From an uncultured Thermoplasmata archaeon (GTDB lineage: Archaea; Thermoplasmatota; Thermoplasmata; RBG-16-68-12), in the NCBI GenBank assembly GCA_963768855.1, contig CAVYJM010000006.1, positions 896,001 through 960,000 on the forward strand: DNA of 64,000 nucleotides. Direction: 5' to 3'. This document shows positions 37,790 to 46,388 of this stretch, in pieces (within the stretch, counting starts at the first letter, position 1; each line of letters starts with the position of its first letter). The notes under the pieces were generated by a model, which saw only the letters and a program-made list of their open reading frames with translations, was not told where the DNA came from and ran no database searches. The translations under genes and the position numbers were made by a program.

Positions 37790-38224
37790 ATGGCCAGTTC
37801 CGTGAGCGGTTTCCTCAAGACGTACGTCCTCATCGTGGTCATCTTCCTCGTGATCGCGGTGGTCCTCACGCTCCTCCTCCACTGGCCCTTCCTCGAGGTG
37901 GCCGCGCAGGTGTACCTCTGGATCGGCGTCGGCTACGTGTTCGCCTCCGTGCTGGCATGGACAGGGTTCGCCAACCTGTACCGGTACTCTCCCACCCTGT
38001 TCCTAGGGTCTCCGAGCTACCGGCAGCAGATTATCCGGGGCCAGCTCTGGAAGGAGGGCCGGGACAGCGGGTCGCTCCTCGTCGGCTCCGCCTTCGGCCT
38101 CGCGTTGATGGGGCTCGGTGCGGCCCTCTGGGATCCCCTCTTCATCGTGTTGGATTCCGCGGTGATTGCGCTCGTCGTCCTCCTGTTCCGGTACCGCCGT
38201 TCGCGCGCCACCGCGAGGGCGTGA
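37790..38224 (+). CDS. Hypothetical multi-pass membrane protein
   Basis: About 4 TM helices; GGGAG SD. Confidence 0.7.
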   Translation: MASSVSGFLKTYVLIVVIFLVIAVVLTLLLHWPFLEVAAQVYLWIGVGYVFASVLAWTGFANLYRYSPTLFLGSPSYRQQIIRGQLWKEGRDSGSLLVGSAFGLALMGLGAALWDPLFIVLDSAVIALVVLLFRYRRSRATARA

Positions 38225-38276
38225 GCCGCGCTGAGATGGAATGCATTTATCTACGCGCCCCGGATACTCCGCGCAA

Positions 38277-39398
38277 ATGCCCGAGGATTTCGTGGTCACC
38301 CCCTGGGAGGTCAAGGGCTCGATTGACTACGAACGCCTGATCACCCAGTTCGGCACGGAGCGCGTCACCCCGGAAATCCTGGAGCGGATCCGGCGCAAGG
38401 CCGGCGACCTGCACTTCATGCTCCGCCGCGGGATCTTCTACAGCCACCGCGACCTGAACTGGATCCTCGATGAGTCGGAGAAGGGCCACCCCTTCGCGCT
38501 GTACACGGGCCGCGGGCCGTCCAGCGGAATCCACATCGGACACATGCTCCCCTGGTTCTTCACCCGCTGGCTCCAGGAGAAGTTCAAGGCGACGCTCTAC
38601 TTCCAGATCACGGACGACGAGAAGTTCCTGTTCAAGGACTTCGACGACCTCGGTCAGGCCACGAAGGTCGGGTACGACAACATCCTCGACATCATCGCGA
38701 TGGGCTTCGACCCGAAGCTGACCCGGATCATCATCGACACGGAATACATCCACCATCTCTACCCGATTGCGGTGGAGGTCGCGAAGCGGATCACGTTCTC
38801 GACGACCCAGGCCGTCTTCGGGTTCACGAACTCGAACAACATCGGGGAGATCTTCTACACGAGCGTCCAGGCGGCGCCCGCGTTCCTTCCCAGCGTCCTC
38901 GCCAAGAAGAGTGTGCCCGTCCTGATCCCCTGCGGCATCGACCAGGACCCGCACTTCCGCGTCGCGCGGGACGTGGCTCCGAGGCTGGGCTTCCCGAAGC
39001 CCGCGCTGATCCACAACAAGCTCCTGATGAGTCTGCAGGGCCCGGACGCAAAGATGTCTGCATCGATTCCGGAGTCCAGCATCTTCACCACGGACTCCGA
39101 GAAGGCGGCCCAGAAGAAGATCCAGAACGCCTTCACCGGCGGCCGTGCGACCGTGGAGGAGCAACGTCGCCTCGGGGCGAACCCGACCATCTGCCCGATC
39201 TTCAACTTCTACGAGTACATCTTCGACCTGGACGACGCCCACCTCGCCGAGGTCGAGCGCACGTGCAAGTCGGGCGAACGGCTCTGCGGGGAATGCAAGC
39301 TGGAGTTGTGGGGCCTCGTGAAGCCCTTCCTGAAGAAGCACCACGAGGCGCGGGAGAAGGCGAAGGACCGCATCGAGGAGTTCGTTGTCCGCGACTGA
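38277..39398 (+). CDS. trpS: Tryptophanyl-tRNA synthetase
   Basis: YTGRGPS...HIGH, GIDQDPHFR, KMSAS. Confidence 0.97.
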   Translation: MPEDFVVTPWEVKGSIDYERLITQFGTERVTPEILERIRRKAGDLHFMLRRGIFYSHRDLNWILDESEKGHPFALYTGRGPSSGIHIGHMLPWFFTRWLQEKFKATLYFQITDDEKFLFKDFDDLGQATKVGYDNILDIIAMGFDPKLTRIIIDTEYIHHLYPIAVEVAKRITFSTTQAVFGFTNSNNIGEIFYTSVQAAPAFLPSVLAKKSVPVLIPCGIDQDPHFRVARDVAPRLGFPKPALIHNKLLMSLQGPDAKMSASIPESSIFTTDSEKAAQKKIQNAFTGGRATVEEQRRLGANPTICPIFNFYEYIFDLDDAHLAEVERTCKSGERLCGECKLELWGLVKPFLKKHHEAREKAKDRIEEFVVRD

Positions 39399-39404
39399 GC
39401 CGCT

Positions 39405-40112
39405 TCACGCCATGATCCGCGTGACCTTGAACCCGTTGTCGAAGACGAGAGCGTGGTAGTCCGTGTCGTGACGCGTGCCGCGCATCTTGACGATCCGGAG
39501 CTGGCGCTGCATCCCGAACTCGCCCTGCCTCGCGAGCCGCAGGTGCACGACGCCGTCCGCGAGATACTCCTCCTTGTGCTTCGCGAAGACCTGGCTCGCG
39601 GTTGCGCCGTCGTCGCTCGGCAGCTCTCCGAGGAGGAACACGGTGCACTCCAGCCCCCGGAGCCACCGGATCAGGGCGAACAGCTCCCGCCTCACATCCT
39701 GGAACTTGGCGAGGATCTCGAGCGCGTCGAGCGAGTCGATGACGAGGAGGCGGTAGTCGAGGGATTTCCTCAGGCCCTTGGCGTACAGCTTGAAGAGGTC
39801 CATCCAAGGCTGGTCGACCGGGCCCGTGATTTTCTTCCGGAGCGCGGCGAGATCGAGCACGCTCAGGTTCCCTTCGACATCCGCGAGGCGGTAGCCCAGG
39901 CCTTCCGTGTGATCGAGGAGACTGGCGCGGCTCTGCTCGAGGGAGACGTACAGCCCCTTCACCCCGGTCCGTGCGTTCGCATGGAGCACGTGGTACGTCA
40001 GGGAGGTTTTCATCGTCCCGGGCGCGCCAGAGACGAGCACGACGCTCCCTTCCGGGATTCCCTTCCCGAGGATCTCGTCCAGGCCGTCGACGTACGTCTT
40101 GATGAAGTTCAT
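39405..40112 (-). CDS. KaiC/RAD55-like ATPase (operon gene 10)
   Basis: GAPGTMKT P-loop, YVSLEQ, LVIDS, EYLADG, RQLRIVKMRG. Confidence 0.9.
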   Translation of the reverse strand: MNFIKTYVDGLDEILGKGIPEGSVVLVSGAPGTMKTSLTYHVLHANARTGVKGLYVSLEQSRASLLDHTEGLGYRLADVEGNLSVLDLAALRKKITGPVDQPWMDLFKLYAKGLRKSLDYRLLVIDSLDALEILAKFQDVRRELFALIRWLRGLECTVFLLGELPSDDGATASQVFAKHKEEYLADGVVHLRLARQGEFGMQRQLRIVKMRGTRHDTDYHALVFDNGFKVTRIMA

Positions 40113-41866
40113 GGTTGCTCCCCCGCGATCGCTTCGAGACGACGACGGATGGATTCGACCTGACCCTGGATCCGCTGTTTCTCTTGGGGCACGTCCACGA
40201 TTTCCGCCATGGCCACGAGATCGACCGCCGCGCGGTCCGCGAGTCGGGCAACGTCCCCGGGCCGCAGATCCTCCGGTCTCTTCCCCAGCTTTGACAGTTC
40301 GGACCGGAGGACGCCTTCGCCCGCCTCGCCGAGCTGTTCGACGAAGATGGAGCGGGCGCGCTCGAAGAGGGATTCCCGTTCGCTCAGGTCGCTCGCCACG
40401 GCGAAGAGCTCGTCCATCTCCTTGCCCTTCCAGTAGTCCGCCGCGGTCACCAGGATGCCCCGGTCCGCCTCGGATGCGCGGCGGGAGGGCCAGTCGCCCT
40501 CCGCGAGGTCTTGCGGGCTGCGCTCGGCGAACGCCTGCAGCGCGGCGCTGGCCGCGGTCGCCTGGACGCGGAGGCCCGAGCGGGCCGCATCGTCCGCGGC
40601 GGGGTCCCCGAGTTCGCGGACAGCTCGATCCAGAAAGCGCAGGAACGGGTCCGTGTCGCTGAGGGTGAGGTCCTCCCGGCGGAGGGAACGGGAACGGCAG
40701 AACGCCTCGAGGAGCTGACGGGCGCCCGGACCAAAGGACTGCGCGAGGACGGCCTCCATCTCCTCGGACGGGTCGGGCAGGGTCCACCAGGCCAATCGGT
40801 GCCCCTTCAGGTCCTCTTTCTCCCGGGTCGTCAGGCGGGATGCGGACACCGCGAGGCTGCACCGGGTGTCCCGGCACACGCTCCGGAGCCGCAGGAGGAT
40901 TGCCTGGGTCCGCGGCCACCCCGACATCATCGCGATGTCGGCCGTGTCGACGAGGACCGCGAGGCCGCCCGACGATCGGGTCCCGAATTCCGCGACCGTG
41001 CCGAGGGTGCGGGGAGCAGCGTGGGGGGTCGAAGAGATCGTGGCGAGCCCCGGGGGCGGATCCAGTGCCGTGATGGCAGGGCTTCCCCGGCCCACGACGA
41101 GCGTGGCCTGGCCGCGCCGGGCGGCCAGTCCCGCCAGGTGGAGCGCGTACTTGGGACGCGCCTCGTCCAGAACGACGGTGAGGCCCGGTTCGATTTCTCC
41201 CTGAACGGTCGGCCCCCGGCTCCGCCGCGGCCGCATTCCCGGGAACGGTTCGGAGTGGAACAGGACGTAGGCGAACAGGGCCACCGCTACCGGCGCCGCG
41301 ACGTTCGACCCCGCGGACTGGAGGATGCCGAGATCCTGGAACTCGAGGGCGTAGATCGGACCTCCGATGATGAGGGCGGCGACAGCGAACGCGAGCCAGA
41401 ACGAGTCGGCCGCGAACAGGGGGCTCACCATCCTCTCGTAGACGGGCTCCGCGAGGGCGACGCCCAGGCAGACGATCAGGAACGCGCCCAGGAGGTTCGG
41501 CTCATAGGCGTGCGCGACGGCCCAGTCCGCGCTCGGGGTGAGCACGACGACGATCGGGACGAGGGCCAGGAGTGCGAACACGGCGGGCCGGCGGCGCGGC
41601 ACGGTCTCTCCGTGGATTAGGGTGAGGACCAAGATCGCCGTGAGGGGATGGGCGAGGACCAGGGTCCACAGGACCGCCCCCTCCCACGCCGGCGCGAGGA
41701 AGCCTTCCGAGGTCCCGATGAAGGCCGCGCCGTTCACGATGAGCGTGAGGACGAGGGCCGCGAACGTGGCCTGCAGCCACGGGCGTCTCCCCCGGACGAC
41801 GACGAGCGCTAAGAGCCAGGCCTCCACCGCGAGGCCCGCGCCGACGGCGAGGCTGTATGCGATCAC
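40109..41866 (-). CDS. 7TM membrane protein with a DUF835-like degenerate ATPase domain and repeated helical modules (gene 9)
   Basis: Seven hydrophobic segments, then VVLDEARPK...AVLVDTADIAMMSGW; GGAGG SD and GTGA overlap. Confidence 0.7.
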   Translation of the reverse strand: MIAYSLAVGAGLAVEAWLLALVVVRGRRPWLQATFAALVLTLIVNGAAFIGTSEGFLAPAWEGAVLWTLVLAHPLTAILVLTLIHGETVPRRRPAVFALLALVPIVVVLTPSADWAVAHAYEPNLLGAFLIVCLGVALAEPVYERMVSPLFAADSFWLAFAVAALIIGGPIYALEFQDLGILQSAGSNVAAPVAVALFAYVLFHSEPFPGMRPRRSRGPTVQGEIEPGLTVVLDEARPKYALHLAGLAARRGQATLVVGRGSPAITALDPPPGLATISSTPHAAPRTLGTVAEFGTRSSGGLAVLVDTADIAMMSGWPRTQAILLRLRSVCRDTRCSLAVSASRLTTREKEDLKGHRLAWWTLPDPSEEMEAVLAQSFGPGARQLLEAFCRSRSLRREDLTLSDTDPFLRFLDRAVRELGDPAADDAARSGLRVQATAASAALQAFAERSPQDLAEGDWPSRRASEADRGILVTAADYWKGKEMDELFAVASDLSERESLFERARSIFVEQLGEAGEGVLRSELSKLGKRPEDLRPGDVARLADRAAVDLVAMAEIVDVPQEKQRIQGQVESIRRRLEAIAGEQP

Positions 41867-42393
41867 GCCGCGCCTCCTAGCGGGCGGACCTTGAGCACCG
41901 CAACGAGGTCCCGGGGCCGCCACTTCCAGCGGGCGCTCCCCGACTCCCGCATCTCCGGAGCCGAGTGGAACCCGGCCTTGCGGGCCTCCTCGTCCGTCAC
42001 GTCCGCGAGGAGCTTGCGCGTGCCGTCGACCACGAGCAGTCGGCCGAACGGCCGGCCCGTGTCGTACTTCGCCCAGACCACCTGGCCCACGAGGGGCAGC
42101 GAGACGTCGCCAATCGGGCGGATCATGAGCTCCGCGCCGCCCCGGAGGAGCCGGTCCCCTTCATCGAGGGTGAACGCCAGCTCCCCGTGAGGCCGCCGGC
42201 GGGGCAGCTCCCCGGACAGCGCGGCGCGGAACCCGAGGATCACGAGGAACGTGACGAGCCCGCCGAGCAGGAGGAGGTTCGTGAAGCCGATCTGGTAGAA
42301 GTTGCGGTGCTCCCAGAACCCGAAGACGAGGACGACGGAGAGGAGGAAGAGCAGGCCGGCGCGGGCGAGCAGGGTCACGAACCGTCGGGGCAT
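41863..42393 (-). CDS. Two-TM protein with ASCH/PUA-like domain (gene 8)
   Basis: Two TM helices, then LMIRP...VGQVV...LADVTDEEARKAGF. Confidence 0.65.
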   Translation of the reverse strand: MPRRFVTLLARAGLLFLLSVVLVFGFWEHRNFYQIGFTNLLLLGGLVTFLVILGFRAALSGELPRRRPHGELAFTLDEGDRLLRGGAELMIRPIGDVSLPLVGQVVWAKYDTGRPFGRLLVVDGTRKLLADVTDEEARKAGFHSAPEMRESGSARWKWRPRDLVAVLKVRPLGGAA

Positions 42394-42396
42394 GGC

Positions 42397-43140
42397 TCAC
42401 CCGATCGCTCGAGCGACCTCGAACCGGCCGTTCTCGAAGAGGAGCGTGTGGTCCTCGCTGTCCTGGTTCACGCTCCGCATCTTCGTGCACTGGATCCGGC
42501 GCTGGAACGACGTCTCCGTGACCGGGGCCATGCGCAGCCGCAAGATGCCGTCCGCGAGGAACTCCTCCTCGAGGACGTTCCCGCCCGCGCCGAGCCCCGG
42601 CTCCTCGGAGACGAGGAGGCTCGTGACCCCGAGGTCCCGGAGCCACTCGAAGAAGGCGAACGTCTCCGTCCGGCGGTCCTTGAACTCGAGGACGAGTTCG
42701 AGCGCGTCCCAGGAGTCGATCGCGAGGAGGCGGAAATCCTGGCGGCGCCGCAGATCGAGGATCTTCCCCTGGAGGACCGTGAGGAGGGCCTCGCCCTGCC
42801 GCAGGTCCGGACCCGCCATCTCGCCGACCTTCGCCGCCATTTCCTCGAGGTACTCGCGGCCGCGGCTCAGGTCGAGGATCGGCAGAGAATCGGAAACCTG
42901 CGTCGCGCGCAGTCCGAGCCCCGCGACGTGCTCGAGGAGGCTCGCGGCGCTCTGCTCCAGGGTCACGTAGAGCCCGGGCGTCCCCTGGAGGGCGTTGTGG
43001 TACAGGATGTAGTAGGCGAGGGAGGACTTCATCGTCCCGCTCGCGCCCCGCAGGAGGAGCACGTGCCCCTCGGGCACGCCGCCCCGGAGGACCTCCTCGT
43101 CGAAGCCTCGGATGAACGTCTTCACGGGGGTGCGGGCCAT
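42397..43140 (-). CDS. KaiC/RAD55-like ATPase (gene 7)
   Basis: GASGTMKS, YVTLEQ, LAIDS, EFLADG, RRIQCTKMRS. Confidence 0.9.
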   Translation of the reverse strand: MARTPVKTFIRGFDEEVLRGGVPEGHVLLLRGASGTMKSSLAYYILYHNALQGTPGLYVTLEQSAASLLEHVAGLGLRATQVSDSLPILDLSRGREYLEEMAAKVGEMAGPDLRQGEALLTVLQGKILDLRRRQDFRLLAIDSWDALELVLEFKDRRTETFAFFEWLRDLGVTSLLVSEEPGLGAGGNVLEEEFLADGILRLRMAPVTETSFQRRIQCTKMRSVNQDSEDHTLLFENGRFEVARAIG

Positions 43141-43148
43141 CGGACACC

Positions 43149-44858
43149 TCACGGGCTCATCGCGCGGGTCACCTTGAACCGCCCCTCGTCCAGGACCAGG
43201 GCCATGTAGCCCGTCTCATGCTTCGTGCCGCGCATCTTGACGACGCGCAGCCGGCGCTGTAGCTCCACATCGGAGACGAGGTGCTGCCGCAGATGGAGGA
43301 CGCCGTCCGCGAGGAAGTCCTCGTCCCAGCGGCCTTGCATCACGTGGCCCCCGATGACCCAGTCGGGCCGCTCCGTGACCACGAAGCTCGTGACGTCCAG
43401 GTCCCGGAGCCACTCGAACAGACGGAAGATCTCGCGGCGGCGGTCCTTGAACTTCGCCAAGACCTCGAGCGCCTCGAGGGAATCGATCACGACGAGGTCG
43501 AGCCCGCGCTGGGCCTTGACCGCCTGGAGGGCGTGCTGGAACGTCTCGACCCAGTCCTTCCGTTCCTCGAGCAGCCCCTTCGCCGCGCGGGGATCCATGA
43601 CGACGAGGGATCCGCTGGTGACGTGGAGGGGCAGGCCGATGGAGCCCATCTGCTTCAGCAGGCTCGACGTCCGCTCCTCGAAGCTCAGGTAGAGGCAGTG
43701 CAGGCCCGCGTGCGCGGCGTTCTGCGCGAGCACGGAGAAGCTCAACGAGGACTTCATCGTCCCCGGCGCCCCGGAGACGAGCACGATGTGGCCCCAGGGG
43801 ATGCCGCCGCCGAGGGTCTCGTCGAGCCCGTCGACAAACGTGCGGACCCGGGCCGGGTGGGCCTTCGTCTCCTCCGCCGGTTTCGGTGGAGGCGGAGCGG
43901 GCGGGGCGGACAGGTCGGCGAAGTCGGGGAAGTCCTCGTCCTCGGGAGGGGCCACGGTCGCGGGAGGAGTCACCGGCGCCACGGGCTCCGGCTCGGGTTC
44001 CGCCTCGGCGGGTTCCGGGGCCGCTTCCGGGGCGCGCGTGGCGAGCTTCTCGTACCGCACGCGGGCCGTCCGGTGGTCGGGCCGGAGCTCCAGGGCTTTC
44101 TGGAAGCTCTTCGTGGCGTCGACCGGACGGTCGAGGGCCTCGAGGACGATGCCTCGTTCGGACCAGGCCTCCGTCAGCGCGGGGTTCGCCTGGACCGTGC
44201 GGTCGAGCACCTCGAGCGCGCCCGGCAGGTCCTCCATGGACCGGAGCGTGCGGGCGAGCCCGAGCCATGCGCTGTCGTTCGGCGGATCGAGCTCGATGGC
44301 GCGGAGATAACCGACAGCGGCCTTGTAGGGCCTCTCGAGGCGCAGGTACGCCTCCCCCAGGAGGGTCCACGAGCGGGGATCGCCGTCCTCCTTCGCGATG
44401 GCCTTGAGGAGATGCTCGATGGCAGCGTCGAAGTGACGCTCGCGGAACGCTTGGGTCGCCGCCTCGAGCTGCCGCGTCACGGCCTGCTTGGCCTCGTTGC
44501 TCGGGGCCTTCCGGGGGCGATCGCTCGTGTAGGGTTTGAATCGCTGGCCCGAGGCGGATGCGCGCTGGGCAATCCGATCCTTGAGTGCAGCGACGGGATC
44601 GCTTCGAGCCGGGGTACCGGGGGCAGGGAGAGCCGCGGCCTCCTCGGGCCGCGGCTCCGGCGGTACCGTCTGTGCGCGGCGGGGCCTCTTGACAACCGCG
44701 CTGTAGACCTCGCTGCCCATGACACGCTGCAGGTGGACGGGCTGTTCCGGAGGAGGTGAAGCCGTCTCGGCCGGGAGCTCGTGGCCGCAGATCCGGCAGC
44801 GGGCCTGGCCCGGTTCGTTCGTCGAGTAGCAGGCAGGGCACCGCACGGTTGGCGTCAT
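43149..44858 (-). CDS. Double Zn-ribbon - TPR - KaiC/RAD55-like ATPase fusion (gene 6)
   Basis: CPAC...CRICG, about four TPR repeats, Pro/Glu linker, GAPGTMKS, VVIDS, RRLRVVKMRG. Confidence 0.9.
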   Translation of the reverse strand: MTPTVRCPACYSTNEPGQARCRICGHELPAETASPPPEQPVHLQRVMGSEVYSAVVKRPRRAQTVPPEPRPEEAAALPAPGTPARSDPVAALKDRIAQRASASGQRFKPYTSDRPRKAPSNEAKQAVTRQLEAATQAFRERHFDAAIEHLLKAIAKEDGDPRSWTLLGEAYLRLERPYKAAVGYLRAIELDPPNDSAWLGLARTLRSMEDLPGALEVLDRTVQANPALTEAWSERGIVLEALDRPVDATKSFQKALELRPDHRTARVRYEKLATRAPEAAPEPAEAEPEPEPVAPVTPPATVAPPEDEDFPDFADLSAPPAPPPPKPAEETKAHPARVRTFVDGLDETLGGGIPWGHIVLVSGAPGTMKSSLSFSVLAQNAAHAGLHCLYLSFEERTSSLLKQMGSIGLPLHVTSGSLVVMDPRAAKGLLEERKDWVETFQHALQAVKAQRGLDLVVIDSLEALEVLAKFKDRRREIFRLFEWLRDLDVTSFVVTERPDWVIGGHVMQGRWDEDFLADGVLHLRQHLVSDVELQRRLRVVKMRGTKHETGYMALVLDEGRFKVTRAMSP

Positions 44859-45580
44859 GGGCTGATCACCGAGGTGACCTGGAACCGTCCGTCCTCGAAC
44901 ACGAGGGCGTGGAACCCAGTCTTGTGGTTCGAGCCGCGCATCTTCACGACCTGCATGCGCCGCTGGATTTCGACGTCCGTAATGGGATGCATCTTGAGCT
45001 CGATGATGCCGTCCGCGAGGAACGTCTCGTCCTTCCGGGGCGGGGCGGACTCGAGCCCGAAGAAGCTGGCCTCGGGGGACGCCTCCGTCAGGACGAGCGT
45101 CGTGGCGCCGAAGTCCCGTAGCCACTCGAAGAAGTGGAACAGCTCGGTCCGGCGGTCCTCGAACTTCGCGAGAACCTCGAGCGCCTCTAGGGAGTCGAGG
45201 ACGACGAGGTCGACGCCATCGATCTCCTTCGTCGTCGTCAGGCTCCGCCGCAGGAACTCAATCCAGGGCTTCGTCGCGCTCTTGCCGATCTCCTTCTGGA
45301 TCGTGCCCACGTCGAGGAGATGCAAGTCCCCACGCACGGCCTCCGTGTTGAAGCCCATCGAGTCCATCTGTGCGAGGAGGCTGCGACGCGTCTGCTCTAG
45401 GGTGACGTACAGCCCCTTCGCACCTCGCTTCTCCACGTTGTTCTGGAGGATCGCATAGCTCAGCGTCGATTTCATCGTGCCCGGAAGCCCGGAGACGAGG
45501 ATGACGTGGCCTGCGGGCAGGCCGCCGCCGAGCGCCTCGTCCAAGCCATCCACGAACGTCGGGATCTTCTTGATTTCCAT
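44855..45580 (-). CDS. KaiC/RAD55-like ATPase (gene 5)
   Basis: GLPGTMKS, YVTLEQ, VVLDS, TFLADG, RRMQVVKMRG. Confidence 0.9.
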   Translation of the reverse strand: MEIKKIPTFVDGLDEALGGGLPAGHVILVSGLPGTMKSTLSYAILQNNVEKRGAKGLYVTLEQTRRSLLAQMDSMGFNTEAVRGDLHLLDVGTIQKEIGKSATKPWIEFLRRSLTTTKEIDGVDLVVLDSLEALEVLAKFEDRRTELFHFFEWLRDFGATTLVLTEASPEASFFGLESAPPRKDETFLADGIIELKMHPITDVEIQRRMQVVKMRGSNHKTGFHALVFEDGRFQVTSVISP

Positions 45581-45611
45581 GTTCACACGTCTCCTGGGGT
45601 CCAACCTTGTG

Positions 45612-45995
45612 TCATGCCATAGCCTCCTGGTGGAGGATCACGTCCACCAGCCGGGCGGTTTTTTCCATGGCCATCAGCACGAGCCCGAGGTTTGCGTCTT
45701 TGTAGACTAAGGCGACGAGGAGGGCCTCCTCCCCCGCGCCGAGGCTCAGGAGCTTGCCCTCATCCGACTCGATGATGGCGCGCTCGAAGTGGCCCTGGGA
45801 GAGTTGGATCGTGGCCATCTCCGAAGTGCCGACGATCGCGGCCGTCATCGCGGCTACGATCCTCGGGTCCACGCCGTCCGGGAGCGTGTGGGTGATCACG
45901 AGCCCGTCCCTCCGCACGACCGCGGCGGCCTTGATGTCCGTGACGTGCGCGAGGTCGTCCATCGCGGCCTCGAGACGCTGCCACACGTCGGTCAC
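45612..45995 (-). CDS. Roadblock/LC7 (MglB-like) protein (gene 4)
   Basis: AAAVVRRDGLVI...AAMTAAI...ANLGLV. Confidence 0.9.
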   Translation of the reverse strand: MTDVWQRLEAAMDDLAHVTDIKAAAVVRRDGLVITHTLPDGVDPRIVAAMTAAIVGTSEMATIQLSQGHFERAIIESDEGKLLSLGAGEEALLVALVYKDANLGLVLMAMEKTARLVDVILHQEAMA

Positions 45996-46387
45996 GTCCC
46001 GACCTCCTGCGCGGCCGTTTCCATGAGGTCGGCGATCGACTGGACGGCCTTGCCCACGCTGAGGAGGACGAGGCCCATGTTGGCGTCCGTCCGGACCATC
46101 GTGATGAGGATGCCTTCCTCGCCTGCGCCCGTGGCGAGCATCTTGACCTTCTCGCTGTCCACAATCGACTGGAAGAACGGGCCGAACCCCATCTCCCCGG
46201 CAGCCATCTCCGAGGTGCCGACGATTGCGGCGGCCATGGCGGCGATCCGCTTCGGGTCCATGCTCTTCGGGAGGAGGTGGGCGATCAGCAAGCCGTCGCG
46301 CCGCGCCAAGGCGACGGCGACGACGTCCGGGATGCGGCGGAGCTCCTGGAGGACGCCGATGAGGCGGGCGTGGAGCGAGTCGACCAT
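45992..46387 (-). CDS. Roadblock/LC7 (MglB-like) protein (gene 3)
   Basis: ALARRDGLLI...AAMAAAI...ANMGLV. Confidence 0.9.
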   Translation of the reverse strand: MVDSLHARLIGVLQELRRIPDVVAVALARRDGLLIAHLLPKSMDPKRIAAMAAAIVGTSEMAAGEMGFGPFFQSIVDSEKVKMLATGAGEEGILITMVRTDANMGLVLLSVGKAVQSIADLMETAAQEVGT

Positions 46388-46388
46388 C

